DNA from: Octopus sinensis
Lineage: Eukaryota
DNA length: 64,000 nt
Direction: 5' to 3'
Assembly (NCBI RefSeq): GCF_006345805.1
Contig: NC_043009.1
Span: 60,760,001 to 60,824,000, forward strand
Shown here: in pieces, positions 1 through 12,691 of the stretch
Position numbering within the stretch: position 1 is the stretch's first letter
How the letters are laid out: each line of letters starts with the position of its first letter
Notes under the pieces: generated by a model
The model's database searches: none
The model's input: only the letters and a program-made list of their open reading frames with translations
Told to the model about the DNA's origin: nothing
Made by a program: the position numbers and the translations under genes

Positions 1-89
1 TGTGTGTGTGTGTGTCATCATCATCATCATTTAACGTCCGCACTCTATGCCAGCATGGGTTAGGTGGTTTGACTGGAACTGGTAAGCCG

Positions 90-494
90 AAATTTGGGGG
101 AGGGGTATAGTCGATTAAATCAACCCCAGTACGCAACTGGTACTTAATTTATCGACCCCGAAAGGATGAACGGCATAGTCGACCTCAGCGGAATTTCAAC
201 TCAGAACGTAACAGCAGAGGAAATACTTATTTCTTTACTACCCACAAGGGGCTAAACACAGAGGAGACAAACAAAGACAAACATAGGTATTAAGTCGATT
301 AGATCGACCCCAGTGCGCAACTGGTACTTAATTTATCGACCCCGAAAGGATGAAAGGCAAAGTCGACCTCGGCGGAATTTGAACTCACAACGTAACGCAG
401 ACGAAATACGGCGACGCATTTCGCCCGGCGTGCAGAGGAAATACTGCTAAGCATTTCACCTGACATGCGAATGTTCCTGTCAGCTCGCCACCTT
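90..494 (-). mobile_element. SINE family B (Meta-domain-like), one copy nested in another
   Basis: The inner copy 228-431 is flanked by a 14-bp TSD GCAGAGGAAATACT (214-227, 432-445). Core GTCGACTTTGCCTTTCATCCTTTCGGGGTCGATAAATTAAGTACCAG. Other copies at ~3063-3297, 8910-9095, 13905-14100, 15250-15470, 21597-21813, 27622-27837, 40413-40640, 50692-50955, 51808-52045, 53159-53380. Confidence 0.8.
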
Positions 495-1031
495 GAGAAT
501 CAAAATAGATATTGCAAGAACATCCTGTCTAATGGTCTACATTTCTTTCTTTAGCAATTACATCTATATATATAAAATTCCTTGTCTGTCTGTTCTCAAT
601 ACATTTTCAAAGAGCTCAACCAAATCAAATCAAATTTTACATAGTAATAGTATCAGACTCCATGAGTGCCAACATGCAATTTTTTTTCATTTGGATTAAA
701 ACAATATAACGTTGGCACTGGTTCCGTATTACATGTCAAAAGTGAAAAAATAACATCTATATTGTAATGTGATATAATAATGTTTCACTTTTATTCTTTC
801 ACTTTTAATTCTATTGTGAACAACATTACACATTGGCAACTTTCCATCTTTATGGCCATGAGAGCGAAATGGTGTGTCAGTGTATGTGTGTTGACTGACA
901 TAATGAACAGCTGGAGGAGAAACTCTTGACAAAAAACAATGAGGTAGCAGGTTCGAGGTATATAAAAATACACATTTACCGTTCAATTACCAGTTAATAA
1001 TTACCACAACAGTTGCAAATTTACCATTAAA

Positions 1032-1423
1032 CTAGCAGTATCGCCCGGCGTTGCTCGGGTTTGTTTCGACCCTTTAGAATTGGAATTTTTGATAAGTAAA
1101 AATTTTGTATTATGTAGCTTGTTATTCTCTATTAGTGAACATTTTTCTGGTTGAAATACACCAAAAAATGGCGACACAGCAGTCAAAAGATCGTAAAAAA
1201 TAGGGATTTTCATAGAAAAAAAGCACCTTTTTGATGTAAATAATTTTTGGTGTTAACTTGGTCCGATTTGAACTTTTTCTTCTACGGAAGGAAGAGCAAG
1301 CCTTCTTCTATCATACTCTCAATTTTGGTCAACTTGCGCCGTAGGGTCTCGGAGGAGATAGTGTTAGTTGAAGGCTACCAAACCTGCCATACACAGACAA
1401 CTTCAGCTTTATATAGAGAGAGA
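1032..1423 (-). mobile_element. Non-autonomous Helitron
   Basis: On the minus strand: A|TC...hairpin CCCGAGCAACGCCGGG...CTAG|T, no TSD. Near-identical copy at 15870-16239. Confidence 0.85.
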
Positions 1424-1704
1424 TATTGCGTTGGATTAACCATTGAGCAAATTAGGTCAATATACAGTCTGAGACCTTTCTTTTATTCTGTTATTCTTTT
1501 ACTTGTTTCAGTCATTTGACTGCGGCCATGCTGGAGCACCACCTTTAGTCGAGCAAATCGACCCCAGGACATATTCTTTGTAAGCCTAGTACTTATTCTA
1601 TTGGTCTATCTTGCTGAACCGCTAAGTGACGGGGAGGCAAACACACCAGTATCGGTTGTCAAGCGATGTGGGGGGGGGACAAACACACACACACACACAT
1701 ATAT

Positions 1705-2032
1705 AACAAAGCAAAGTTGTAAGGTACCGCATGAGTGGAATTATATATGAAAGAAGGTTTGAAAATGCAATTTTAAAAGGTGTTTATTCACTTGACCGGT
1801 TTCACTTTTTGAGAAAAAGATTGTCAAAAGTAACATGTAAAAGCTTTGTCGTATTAGGTACTGGTTGTCACAAAATATTACAATACATATATACATTCTT
1901 TGATAATAATAAGAACATGTTCTTATTATAACACAACAAAGCTTTTACATGTTACTTTTGACAATCTTTTTCTAAAAAGGTGAAACCGCTCAAGTGAATA
2001 AACATCTTTTAAAATTGCATTTTCAAACCTTC

Positions 2033-2043
<11 letters not shown>
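1705..2043. mobile_element. Fold-back element (Penelope-like pLTR remnant) inserted in the internal microsatellite of a SINE
   Basis: Inverted arms ~1742-1856 and ~1929-2043. Each arm carries GAAACCG(G/C)TC followed by AATAAA, which is a hammerhead 3' half. Confidence 0.6.
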
Positions 2044-2072
<29 letters not shown>

Positions 2073-2493
2073 GACGGGCTTCTTTCAGTTTCCGCCTACC
2101 AAATCCACTCACAAGGCTTTGGTCGGCCCAAGGCTATAGTAGAAGACACTTGCTCAAGGTTCCACGCAGTGGGACTGAACCCGGAACCATGTGGTTGGTA
2201 AGCAAGCTACTTGCCACACAGTCACTCCTGCGCCTATATAGCGAAAACAAAAAAAAAACAGCCTACTAGGTATAAAAAATGTGTAGAAAACGAATATGAA
2301 AAAAAATGAGTGAACGAACGGTGGAGGGAGGACTTTCAGAAAATTCACACGATCCGATTTTTCCCTTATAACTTTCAGGAAAATGGATATATATTGATGA
2401 AATTTTATAGAAATACCATTCAAACAGCACAAATTTCGATTATAAAGAAATATTGACAGCAAAATAAGTACGTGCTTAGCACATCAAGAAAAG

Positions 2494-3051
2494 TGGGGCA
2501 CCACAGAAATAGTAAATGGTTTATGATACAAAAGAATCGCTTTAAACTTGCTAAAATAATATTCGAAGTGGTTTATATGATCGGATATATAAGTAACAGA
2601 TGTGTTATGTAAGATTAATTTTGAGGATCTAATCAAAGACTTTGCAATTAAAAAACGTAGGAGAAAACTTTTCAAATATAAATTGGGGCACCACAGAAAT
2701 AGTAAATGGTTTATGATACAAAAGAATCGCTTTAAGCTTGCTAAAATAATATTCGAAGTGGTTTATATGATCGGATATATAAGTAACAGATGTGTTATGT
2801 AAGATTAATTTTGAGGATCTAATCAAAGACTTTGCAATTAAAAAACGTAGGAGAAAACTTTTCAGATATAAATTAAGTCAAAACATAGAAAAATAAACAT
2901 TATTTTCTGTTTTACTGTTAGTTTTGTTTCGTTTTGGAAAATAAAAAATTATTTTATGGATTTTTATTGTTTATATTTTGAATTACGTGTATATGAGGGC
3001 ACCAAAATCTTTTAAGAGCTTGGGTCTTCTATGGGTCTTAATCCGGTCCTG
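2494..3051 (+). mobile_element. hAT transposon 3' remnant with 190-bp tandem duplication
   Basis: hATC dimerisation-domain tail DVLCKINFEDLIKDFAIKKRRRKLF occurs twice (units 2494-2683 and 2684-2873). hAT-like terminus TTAATCCGGTCCTG ends at 3051. Confidence 0.7.
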
Positions 3052-3610
3052 TTGATATATTAGTTGTTTCTTTATTACCCACAAGGGGCTTAACATAGAG
3101 GGGACAAACAAGGACAGACATAGGTATTAAGTCGATTACATCGACCCCAGTGCGTAACTGGTACTTTATTTATCGACCCCGAAAGGATGAAAGGCAAAGT
3201 CGACCTCGGCGGAATTTGAACTCAGAACATAACGGCAGATGAAATACGACTATGCATTTCGCTCGGCGTGCTAACGTTTCTGCCAGCTCGCCGCCCTCTG
3301 TTGATATATTAATTTTCATTTCCATCCAAATCGACTTTCTTGTCATTTGAAACCCTATTATTTAGTCTCGAAGGTAGCCACAGTTAGAAAATATAAAAAA
3401 GAAAAAGAAGTAAAAAGAAGGAATTTTAACTTGGTGTCTTTTTGAGTGTTGTCTACCAAATAGAAATTGAAGTAATGTTTCTGTGTACATCAGGTAAAAT
3501 AAAACTTTGTTGTCTTTTCTGCGGTTCGACATTAGAAATCTGCTCCTTCCTTAGCAAAAGATTTCAAATAATTAAATATCGTAGAACATGCAAAAATACT
3601 CATGTACATA

Positions 3611-4810
3611 CGGGGTTGGACAAAATAATGGAAACACCTTCAAATTTCAAACAAATTTATTCTAATATGGTGTATGACCGCCTTTGGCAGGACTCGTACG
3701 AAGTTTGAATCGTTTCCAAAGGAATTTTTGTCTATTCTTCAGCTAAAACAGTCTCTAGTTCTTATAGTGATGATGGTGGAGGATATTGACTTCTTATTTG
3801 TTTTTCTAAAATGCACCATAAATGTTCAATAATATTGAGATCTGGGGACTGTGGTGGCCAGATAAGATGTTCAACTTCACTAAAATGCTCCTCGTACCAT
3901 TCAGTAACAATTTCAGCTGTGTGAATTGGTGCATTATCATCCTGAAAGATTGCGTTTCCCCTCCGGAAACAGTTCCGCAATCATAGGATGAATTTGATCA
4001 GATAAAATGCTTAAATAGTCTTGACTATTAATTTTGCCATGAAGGGAAACCATTGGGCCAGCGGATTTCCAAGATATAGCCCCCATCCCCGATCATCACA
4101 GATCCTCCTCCATGTTTAACAGTTGGAAGAAGGCAGTCTCGGTCAAATGCCTCTTTTGGCTGTCTCTACACATATAATCGGCCGATGGTCGGAAATAAGG
4201 TAAAGAATGACTCGCCCGAGAAAATAACTTTCTTCCACTGCTCTAAGGACCAATTCTGTAGCTTTTACTCCACTTAAAACGCTTTGAAGCGTTTGTTTTT
4301 GAAAGTAGTGGTTTTCTGATTGTAGCCCTCCAGTGAAATCCGGCTTTGTGCAGCTTCCAGCGAACAGTTTTTGCGGAAACTGGGTTCTCGAGGTGGTCAT
4401 TAAGCTCTGCAGTAATTTTGGGAGCTGTACTTTTGTGATCTTTTCTAACAATTCGCGTAAGAATTCAATGGTCCCTATCTGAAAGTTTTGGCTTTCTTCT
4501 GGAGTTTTATTTCGACGAGGAGGTTTTTCCTTCTTTCTCAAAGGCTGTCATTACTTTCGAGACAGTACTTCTTGATACACCAAACATTTCGGCTGCTTTC
4601 GATACGCTAGCGCCTGCCATACGAGCACCAACTATTTGACCTCTTTGAAAGCCCGATAGATCTGTCATTTTAATGAATTTTAATTACCTTTTCCTGATGA
4701 TATCTGAAAAGAAGCAGCAATTATAGCAAAACATATTAAGAAATACTAATAATAAATCAACAAACATAAAAAGAAACTAGCTTTTGGCGGTTTTATAGAT
4801 ATTATAAAAG
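3611..4810 (-). mobile_element. Tc1-family transposon, defective (transposase pseudogene ~3662-4668)
   Basis: N-terminus MTDLSGFQRGQIVGARM...GVSRSTVS (HTH), catalytic FQDDNAPIH and WPPQSPDLNIIEHLW, C-terminus KGGHTPY*. TIR CGGGGTTGGACAAAATAATGGAAACAC after TA at 3611. Frameshifts and stops present. Confidence 0.9.
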
Positions 4811-4817
4811 ACCTATG

Positions 4818-5340
4818 AAATGTAATCTTTGCCTCTCTAAAAAATTCTTCATCCTGTTCCAGGATAAAAACGCTTTGAACTAGAGACGCGAGCTCTTAAA
4901 TTCCTACAGGTACGCCACAAAATTTAAAATGTCAACCGACAAAATACCGTATGGGTAAAATGTTTTGACTTTCGGAATATTTTTTGACTGTCGCATCTGA
5001 ATTTGACTTTACAGTGTATGGTTATTTTGCATCGCAACGGTGATGTATATATTTCGACTTAATCTTGAAGAAAGCCTTCGACTGTTTTAGATATTAAATT
5101 TTAAGCTTAAACTTCGCCGAGGTTCATTTTTATTTTATTTTATTTTTACCTACTTATTTAATTATGTTACATCAAATTAATGTAAAATTTCATTTTTTGT
5201 TTTATTATTTTTATTTTTACATTTTAATATTATACACACCGGACAGATTATAAAAATTGTTTGCATATATGCGTTATGATGTAGATATGTCTTTATATAT
5301 ATTTATATTTGCGTGTATATGGTAACATGGAGGGAATGCC
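4818..5340 (+). mobile_element. Penelope-like element 3' remnant (GIY-YIG C-terminus plus 3' region)
   Basis: From 4818 reads KCNLCLSKKFFILFQDKNALN*RRELLNSYRYATKFK, matching the PLE C-terminal pattern C.LCL.EK..I...LNKR.EL...CRH..KF. Confidence 0.6.
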
Positions 5341-5349
5341 GGGTCTTCA

Positions 5350-7210
5350 ATTTTTCAAAATGATCAATTGAGCAAAAAAACCGTTACTATATCAATTCAA
5401 TTATTGATATTGTGCATTTTCTTTGCGCAAACGAATTGCCTTTTCGAGGAAACGAAAATGAAGCTTTTGAGGATCTTTATTCTGAAGATGAGACGCAGTC
5501 TTGTGGTCTTTTTATGAAATTATTCCAATACATATTAGAGAAAGACTCAAAGCTAATGGAATGTTACAGCACGATTTCAAAAATTGCGACCTGTATCTCG
5601 GCAGCAATGCAAAACGAAATCATCGAATTGTTGAGGAGATACACTGTCAGCCTTGCTGTAGATGACATAAAATGTTCCGATGTTCCTTACTTTACGATGA
5701 AATGTGACGGAACGCGTGATTTGAGTAATACTGAAAATCTTGCAATTGTTAGGTTCTCGAAAAATGGAAGGGTTCTGGAAAATTTAGTTGCAATGCCAAC
5801 CACTCAACATTATGATGCTGAAAAATTGGGCCGACTTGTTAATTAAGGAATTAAGCAACCTTTGCACTGACCCAAAGTGTATGTTGTCACAATGCTACGA
5901 TGATGCTTCTGTGATGTCTGGCAAAATAGGTGGCCCCCAAAGAAAGATTCAGAATGTTCATTATCTTAATCATCAGTTGCATCTTGTCGCGGTTAACACA
6001 ATAAAGCGGATTCCGGAGTTAGGTACGTTCTTCGACATTTTTATTAGTCTTCATAATTTTATTAAAGGGCCAAGGATAGCTAGTCTCGGCAAAGGATTGA
6101 AATTGCCGTCTTATGGAACATAGGTGGTCGGGTGATTTCAGTGCCATTGCTTCTGTAACAGAAAATCTCTCCAAGATTGTTGGTTTGCTAACCGAGTACA
6201 CGGATTCATCCGATTCAAAAACGTGTGTTGAGGCAACTGGAATTCGTTCCAAAAGGTTTGTTTTTCTAGCCCTTGATCTTAATAAATTTCCCGCATACAT
6301 TTAGGCCAGTGGACGAACAGCTTCAGAGTCACAATTGTGATACACACCATGGCCTTGGGCTTCCTAAGATTGCCAAGAGTGAAATAATCAAACTGAGAAA
6401 CTCTTCAATATTTGATGAGATTCTGAAACAAATGAGTCAATTGAGGAACGCTTGTTTCGAAAAGCTTACGAGTCCCAACATTTTTCAGATTATGTTGTTG
6501 AAGCCCTGGTACCATCACAAGCTGACTGGATAATCTTTCACCGCAAAATTTATTTCGTGGTCATCGACGTAAACTTGGGAGAGCTAGATAATAGATTTTC
6601 AGAGCAAAACGACAGCAGATATTCTTCCTTGGCAAGTCTACTACCAATGTCCGAGACATTTTTGGATTTTAATGCTTTAAAACCTTTGAGTAATTTAGTT
6701 AATTGCGATAAATCAGCCTTACTGTGGCTAAAGCATACATTTCAAAACAAAATATGATGACACTGCTGGATATTTGGGGATCTTTACGTATCGTACAGGA
6801 TGTTTTTCCAAATGTTTATCTATTGTATGGTACAGCATTAACATTTGGATATAGCACAGTCACATGTGAGTTATCGTTTTCGACGCTAACTCTAATTATG
6901 ACATCCTTTCGACGAAATATGAAGCACCAACGAAAATCAAAATCAAACCTCGTGATACTTGCTTCTCTTAGTAAATACAAACCAAGTATAGACAAGGGCA
7001 ATTTTCTTAATTTTTTTTTTTTGCACTGCGTTGCCGTAGATTGTGGTTATATTAAATAAATGTAACCTGATTTTATTATTTCGTGTTGTGAATTTTCTTG
7101 AATGATGCAATCAAATTTTATAAACAGTGCGGTTTTTAGAGTTCTGATCAACACCCCCCGGCTATCAAGATAGCCCCCACCCAGTTGCAGTCGGCTGGCC
7201 ACATGGTTGG
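5350..7210 (+). pseudogene. hAT (ZMYM1/Tip100-like) transposase remnant
   Basis: Successive broken ORFs with LPFRG, QNEIIELL, MKCDGTRDLSNTENLAIVRF, SQCYDDASVMSG, HYLNHQLHL, RWS, ELDNRFS, TVTCELSFSTL. Many frameshifts. Confidence 0.9.
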
Positions 7211-7899
7211 TGCGTGTGTTTGTGATCAATTTACTGTAATTGATATGCATTATTGCACAGTAAAATACCCAAGATAAATTAGCGTGTAAGCAGTTGAATT
7301 ATGGAATAACTTGAACTCCGATCGTCGAAACCAACTTAAATCCTATTTTTTAAATCTTTTCCGCCTCTCTTTTCTTTCTTTTTTTTTTTTTTTTTAACTG
7401 CTGTGATTATCCGTTTTTTTGCAACAAATGTTTTTATATTTGTACATCTCGTACAACCATTATTTGTAAGATCTATATAACGGAGTGGTGAGTGGAAGAG
7501 GCAAGTAGCAGGCTTTGTGAGAAAATGTTTTTTTCCGTTTAGAATCTTATCTCTACTTAAACACACCTACTTATATATTCTCTCGACTTACATTCATATC
7601 TGTAAACCCCTATGTAAAAAGTCTTCCCCATCCACCTCTGTTTTGCTTTCATATCGTGAATCTAAAATCTGTCTGCCAGTTAATCCTCACTTCTTTGCAA
7701 AGTCAACAAGTCTCAGTGTTTTTAGTTGACCCTTCAAAGACCTGCCACTGCGTTAAACCGACTACGAAGTCATACGCGTACTCTGGTAATTATTCTTTTA
7801 GTTAACTATTACTTTTAATTAATATCCATCTTTTCTTTTTTTCTCTTTGCTGTTTTAGCATATTTCTTCTTCTTCTTCTTGCTTTCGTTTTTTTCTTTT

Positions 7900-8032
7900 C
7901 TTTCCGTGGCTTGATACATTAGAAGTTTAAAAAAGAATATGTTGAAATCTGCAGAAACGCAATTGAACGGTCAGTCTTCTCTGTAGACTAAATAAGAGCC
8001 GCGAATGACAACAGTTGACAGGTTTGGTAAGT
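7900..8032 (+). promoter_or_regulatory. Candidate non-coding first exon/promoter of the GT31 gene, splice donor at 8027
   Basis: Unique, relatively CpG-rich stretch (about 7260-8200) with a consensus donor TTG|GTAAGT at 8027-8032. The link to the GT31 gene is inference. Confidence 0.35.
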
Positions 8033-8243
8033 TCCATATTACTGAGTCTTTTGGAATTTCCACCAATGACCTGTTTTATTTATTTCTGTCTGGTATTATT
8101 TGGGATCTTTTCATTTTGAAGGCCAGATTTGTTTCCGTTTTGTAAATGTTCGTAAAAGGATTATACATATACACACTCGCGAGTAAGGGGACAAACGAAC
8201 GTGGCACTCAACACATTTGGTAAGAGTTAGATATGTTGTTTAA

Positions 8244-8456
8244 CCCTTTAGCATTCAAACCGGCCATATCTGGCCAAAATATTTAACATGTTTTATATTG
8301 AAACTGACCAGATCTCACCTCTCACCTACCATGTCATTCTAAAACTAAAAAATCACATCACCGAAATCTCTAAACTACAAGATAATGCATGATTAATTCA
8401 AACCATTTTAAATAAACAAACATCACATTTGACAGAATAATCTGAACACTAAAGGG
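8244..8456. mobile_element. piggyBac-type MITE (family 1)
   Basis: TTAA TSDs (8240-8243, 8457-8460) and CCCTTTAG TIRs. Other copies at 52266-52485, 62945-63163, ~62750-62940 (partial), ~33438-33970 (split by a SINE) and ~35102-36155 (split by a Helitron). Confidence 0.85.
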
Positions 8457-9439
8457 TTAAAACAGTTTGACTCAGCTCCACGCAACTCAAAGTAGAGGGT
8501 ATGAGTCTCGTCCGATGAGACTCGTACATCCAGGTAAGCTCATTCTACGAACCTCCGAAAATAAGTTGCATGAAACAGACTAAAACTTAATTTATATAAA
8601 TGTGTGCGTGCGTGAATGAATGAACTACAAAAAAAAATTTCAATACATTTTTTTTTAAATTCTTTAATCGGAAGAAGGTTTTGAAAGTGACTCATTCACC
8701 ATGATTGATTGCTAGCCACTAAACCTTTTTTATTTTCTCTCTCTGCTTATTTTTGAGTTCCTTTCTGTTGAAGAACGTTGGCTCGAAACGTATTAGGGAT
8801 CTTTTCGGTTTGAACGGCAGTTTTTTCTAGCGGTATCATATGAAATTGTCACCCATAATTATGACCCTAGTATCGATCTATTGCATTTCAATCTGTTTTA
8901 GGGTTAGGGGTATTTCGTCTGGCGTTACGTTCTGAGTTCAAATTCCGTCTAGGTCGACTTTGCCTTTCATCCCTTTCGGGGTCGATAAATTAACTACCAG
9001 TTATGCACTGGGGTCGATAAAATCGACTTAATCCATTTCTCTGTCCTTGTTTGTCCCCTCTGTGTTTAGCCCCTTGTGGGTAGTAAAGAAATAGGTACCT
9101 AATGTTAGCTCCATACAGAGATGGTTCTCAATTGATCTATAAGGATGGTAGGGGAGGAATGTGGTGCTTATGTGAAACCTGTTAGGCTGTACTCACAATG
9201 ACATACACTATTTTATGCCTGACTGGCTGTACAGTACTAGTACACAGTATGTGGCTTTTCAAGGTGAGCTCTGATTGGCTGTATGCAAATGAGTTCATTA
9301 CTGGGATCCGGAACTCTCATTGGGGGGGGGGGCATTTTGCTAGTGGGAAGGCGTCATTCAAAAGCTACGAGGAAGCGCATTGTGACTAGGAGTGTATAAC
9401 ATCTGATAATTTGGTCAATACTGAGGTGTGTGTGTGTGT

Positions 9440-9908
9440 ATAAATCGAAATTGAACCAAATTTGATGATTGGCACCTGTGCCAGTGGAGCGCTAACAGCT
9501 CCCTCTGAGTGGGATCACTGCCAGAGCAGCTGTCTGGCTTCCGTGCCGGTGACACGTAAAAAGCACCATTTGAGCGTGATCTGTACCAGTGTCGCCTTAC
9601 TGGCACGTGAACAAAACATTTGAGTGAGGTCGTTGCCAGTGCCGCTGGATTGACTCCTGTGCAGGTGGCACGTAAAAAACACCATTTTGAGCATGACTGT
9701 TGCCAGTACCGCCAGACTGGCCCTCGTGCCGGTGGCACGTAAAAGCACCCACTACACTCTCAGAGTGGTTGGCGTTAGGAAGGGCATCCACGTGTAGAAA
9801 CCTTGCCAGATCAGATTGGAGCCTGGCACAGCCATCTGGTTCACCAGTCCTCAATCAAATCGTCCAACCCATGCTAGCATGGAAAGCGGACGTTAAATGA
9901 TGATGATG

Positions 9909-9910
<2 letters not shown>
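9440..9910 (+). mobile_element. SINE family C (tandem ~68-bp modules plus RTE-like (GAT)n tail), representative copy
   Basis: Repeated GTGC-N-GGTGGCACGTAAAAAGCACC modules, then GGCGTTAGGAAGGGCATCC...GGACGTTAAA(TGA)n. Other copies at ~22230-22670, 22815-23097, 24880-25210, 31781-32378, 42910-43272, 45660-46143, 54020-54410 and 56667-57025 (-). Confidence 0.75.
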
Positions 9911-9958
<48 letters not shown>

Positions 9959-10303
9959 TTCCTACATGAACGCTATGTGTAAACAAATAAGACTTGCATA
10001 TAAATTATTCGTTTTTAAGTGGAAACAGTATAAATGTTATGTATTCTGCTTGGAGTAACTCGATCTAAAAGTATATTCTTTTATTGTTTTTACATCTATC
10101 CTTTCACCTGTTTCAGTCATTTGACTGTGGCCATGCTGGAGCACTGCCTTAGTCGAACAAATCAACTCCAAGACTTATTCTTTGTAAACCTAGTACTTGT
10201 TCTATCAGACTGTACAGACAAACTGCTAAGTTATGGGGGCGTTAGCACACCAACATCACTTGTTAAGCGATGGTGAGGGAACACACACACACACACCCTT
10301 ATA

Positions 10304-10754
10304 CAGTAATCCCTCAACTGTTGCTGGTGTTCCAGAACCCCCAACAATAGATGAAAATTGGCAAAGTAGAAACTGTACTGTACTGCCACATGTTTATCTT
10401 TATATATAAAATTGAAGTTGTGTGTCTGTCTCCTACGATTTAGATTCCTAACTACTCCCACATTTTGCGGTGCAGTTTAACCAAAACCGGGTATCTTATA
10501 GTCGTGATTCATATCAAGCTCTTCTGGGTATTAGTGTGCGTCTACGATGAGTCAACGATTTAAAAAAAAAATTACCATCATTTTTTCCCATTTTTAATGC
10601 ATTTTTTGGCTATTATATAAGGGAAGTAACTCTCTAAAAATGCTTATATAGTTATTTTCCTTACAAACCCGGGCAACGCCGGGCGATACTGCTAGTTTTA
10701 TCATAAATGCAAAACAACACCATGGAGGAACTGCGATATAGCAAGGAATTACTG
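10304..10754. mobile_element. Tigger/pogo-like MITE hosting a Helitron
   Basis: TA|CAGTAATCCCTC...GGAATTACTG|TA, i.e. TIRs with a TA TSD. Confidence 0.7.
10397..10695 (+). mobile_element. Non-autonomous Helitron (same 3' end, different interior)
   Basis: A|TCTTTATATATAAA...CCCGGGCAACGCCGGGCGATACTGCTAG|T. Confidence 0.85.
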
Positions 10755-10932
10755 TATAGACGACAGGCTTCTTTCAGTTTCTGTCTACCAAATCCACTCA
10801 GAAGGCTTTGGTCAGCCCGCGGCTATAGTAAAAGACACTGGCCCTAGGTGCTATACAGTGGGACTGAACCTGAAACCATGTGGCTGGGAAGAAAGCTTCT
10901 TACCACATTCTTGGACTTTCCTCCGTCTCCTA

Positions 10933-10965
10933 TTTCTGATGAAGAGCTTTGCTCGAAACGTGAAA
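10933..10965 (+). ncRNA. Degenerate minimal hammerhead motif in a Penelope-like short repeat (element ~10910-11045)
   Basis: TTT-CTGATGA-A-GAGC-TTT-GCTC-GAAA-CG-TG-AAA. The cleavage triplet is GUG, so probably inactive. Related copy at 8762-8792 (CTGTTGA...GAAACGTA). A related downstream part lies on the minus strand at ~29350-29445. Confidence 0.5.
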
Positions 10966-11171
10966 CTACCTTTCTTTCCTACTCTGAGCATCTGTTAATA
11001 CTTTGCATCATGTACCACGTCCTTGTGTTGTTCTTCGTTTTTTTTGGGGGGGGGGGGGGGTGAATTTACTACTGCGTGGCATCTTGGGCAAGTGTCTTCT
11101 GCTATAGCCCTGGGCTGACCAATGCCTTGCGAGTGGATTTGGTAGACGGAAACTGAAAGAAGCCTGTCGTG

Positions 11172-11202
<31 letters not shown>

Positions 11203-12040
11203 GTATGTGTGTGTGTTTGTGTGTTTGTCTCCCTAGCATTGCTTGACAACCGATACTGGTGTGTTTACGTCCCCGTCACTTAGAAGTTCGGCAAAAGAGA
11301 CTGATAGAATAAGTACTGGGCTTACAAAGAATATATCCCGGGGTCGATTTGCTCGACTAAAGGCGGTGCTCCAGCATGGCTGCAGTCAAATGACTGAAAC
11401 ATGTAAAAAAAAATATATATGGTGGGCTTCTTTCAGTTTCTGTCTACCAAATCCACTCGCAAGGCTCTGGTCGGCCCAAGTCTATAGCAGAAGACACTTA
11501 CACAAGAGGCTGCACAATGGGACTGAACCCAGAACCATGTGGTTGGGAAGCAAGCTTCTTACCACAGCCGTGTCTACACCCACGTGAAAAATATTAATAA
11601 TGCCAATTATGAACATTAACAATAGAGCTCAGCAACAAAATTTTAAACCTGTTCATTTTGAAGGAAATTTCAGACACGTTTTTTTTTTTTTTTTTTTTTT
11701 CTAATCATAGTTTTGTAAAAATATTTTCTGCTGCAAATTTTTTTTTTTTTTTTCTTGACAAAAACTTGAAAATTTCAACAATGAAGATACTTTTCATTCT
11801 TCTTTCTGATTTTTTTTTTTTTTCTTCTAATCATAGTTTTGTAAAAAATATTTTCCGCTGCACCCCTATTACAAATTTTTTTTTATTTTTCACATTCCTG
11901 TGTTCCCAATCATCTTTCATCTTCTGTCACTGACCTGTTATTAAAAGTTACATGAAAGGGGTGGACAGTTTTCTTTCTTGCTTTTATTTGCAGCATCTAC
12001 CCCTGCTTTGTTTTGTTGTCCTTGATTTAAGTTTTCATGA

Positions 12041-12076
<36 letters not shown>

Positions 12077-12691
12077 TTTTTCCCACTTAAATTAGTTAAC
12101 ATCATGCTTTTGGTCCTTTGTTCTGCTACATACCAGACACATTTCATAGAAACTTTGACTTTTTCTAAAGATTAACAATTTTGTTCAATTTTCCATCATT
12201 GGACTACAGCCTTGATAGAGCCCTTCCTTCAAGAGTTTTAGATGGTTGATCCCAGGTACTTATTTCAGTAATATGTTACACAGACAGACAGGCGTAGGAG
12301 TGGCTGTGTGGTAAGTAGCATGTTTACGAACCACATGGTTCCAGGTTCGGTCCCACTGTGTGATACCTTGGGCAAGTGTCTTCTACTATAGCCTCAGGCC
12401 GACCAAAACCTTGTGAGTGAATTTGGTAGATGGAAATTGAAAGAAGCCCGTCATATATATGTATGTGTGTGTCTATATGTTTGTGTGTCTGTGTTTGTCC
12501 CTCCAACATCGCTGGTGTGTTTAGGTCCCCATAACTTAGCGGTTTGGCAAAAGAGACTGATAGAATAAGTACTAGGCTTACAAAGAATATGTCCTGGGGT
12601 TGATTTGCTCAACTAAAGAAAGGCGGTGCTCCAGCATGGCCATGGTCAAATGACTGAAACAAGTAAAAGAGTAAGAGTATATATTGTGTGT

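Noticed and set aside
8503-8523. Hairpin GAGTCTCGTCCGATGAGACTC resembling part of a ribozyme
   Set aside because: No CTGANGA/GAAA arrangement with compatible stems. An isolated short hairpin.
8897-8910. Telomeric TTAGGG repeats (also ~37330-37350)
   Set aside because: Only 2-3 units, within or next to repeat fragments. Not a telomere.
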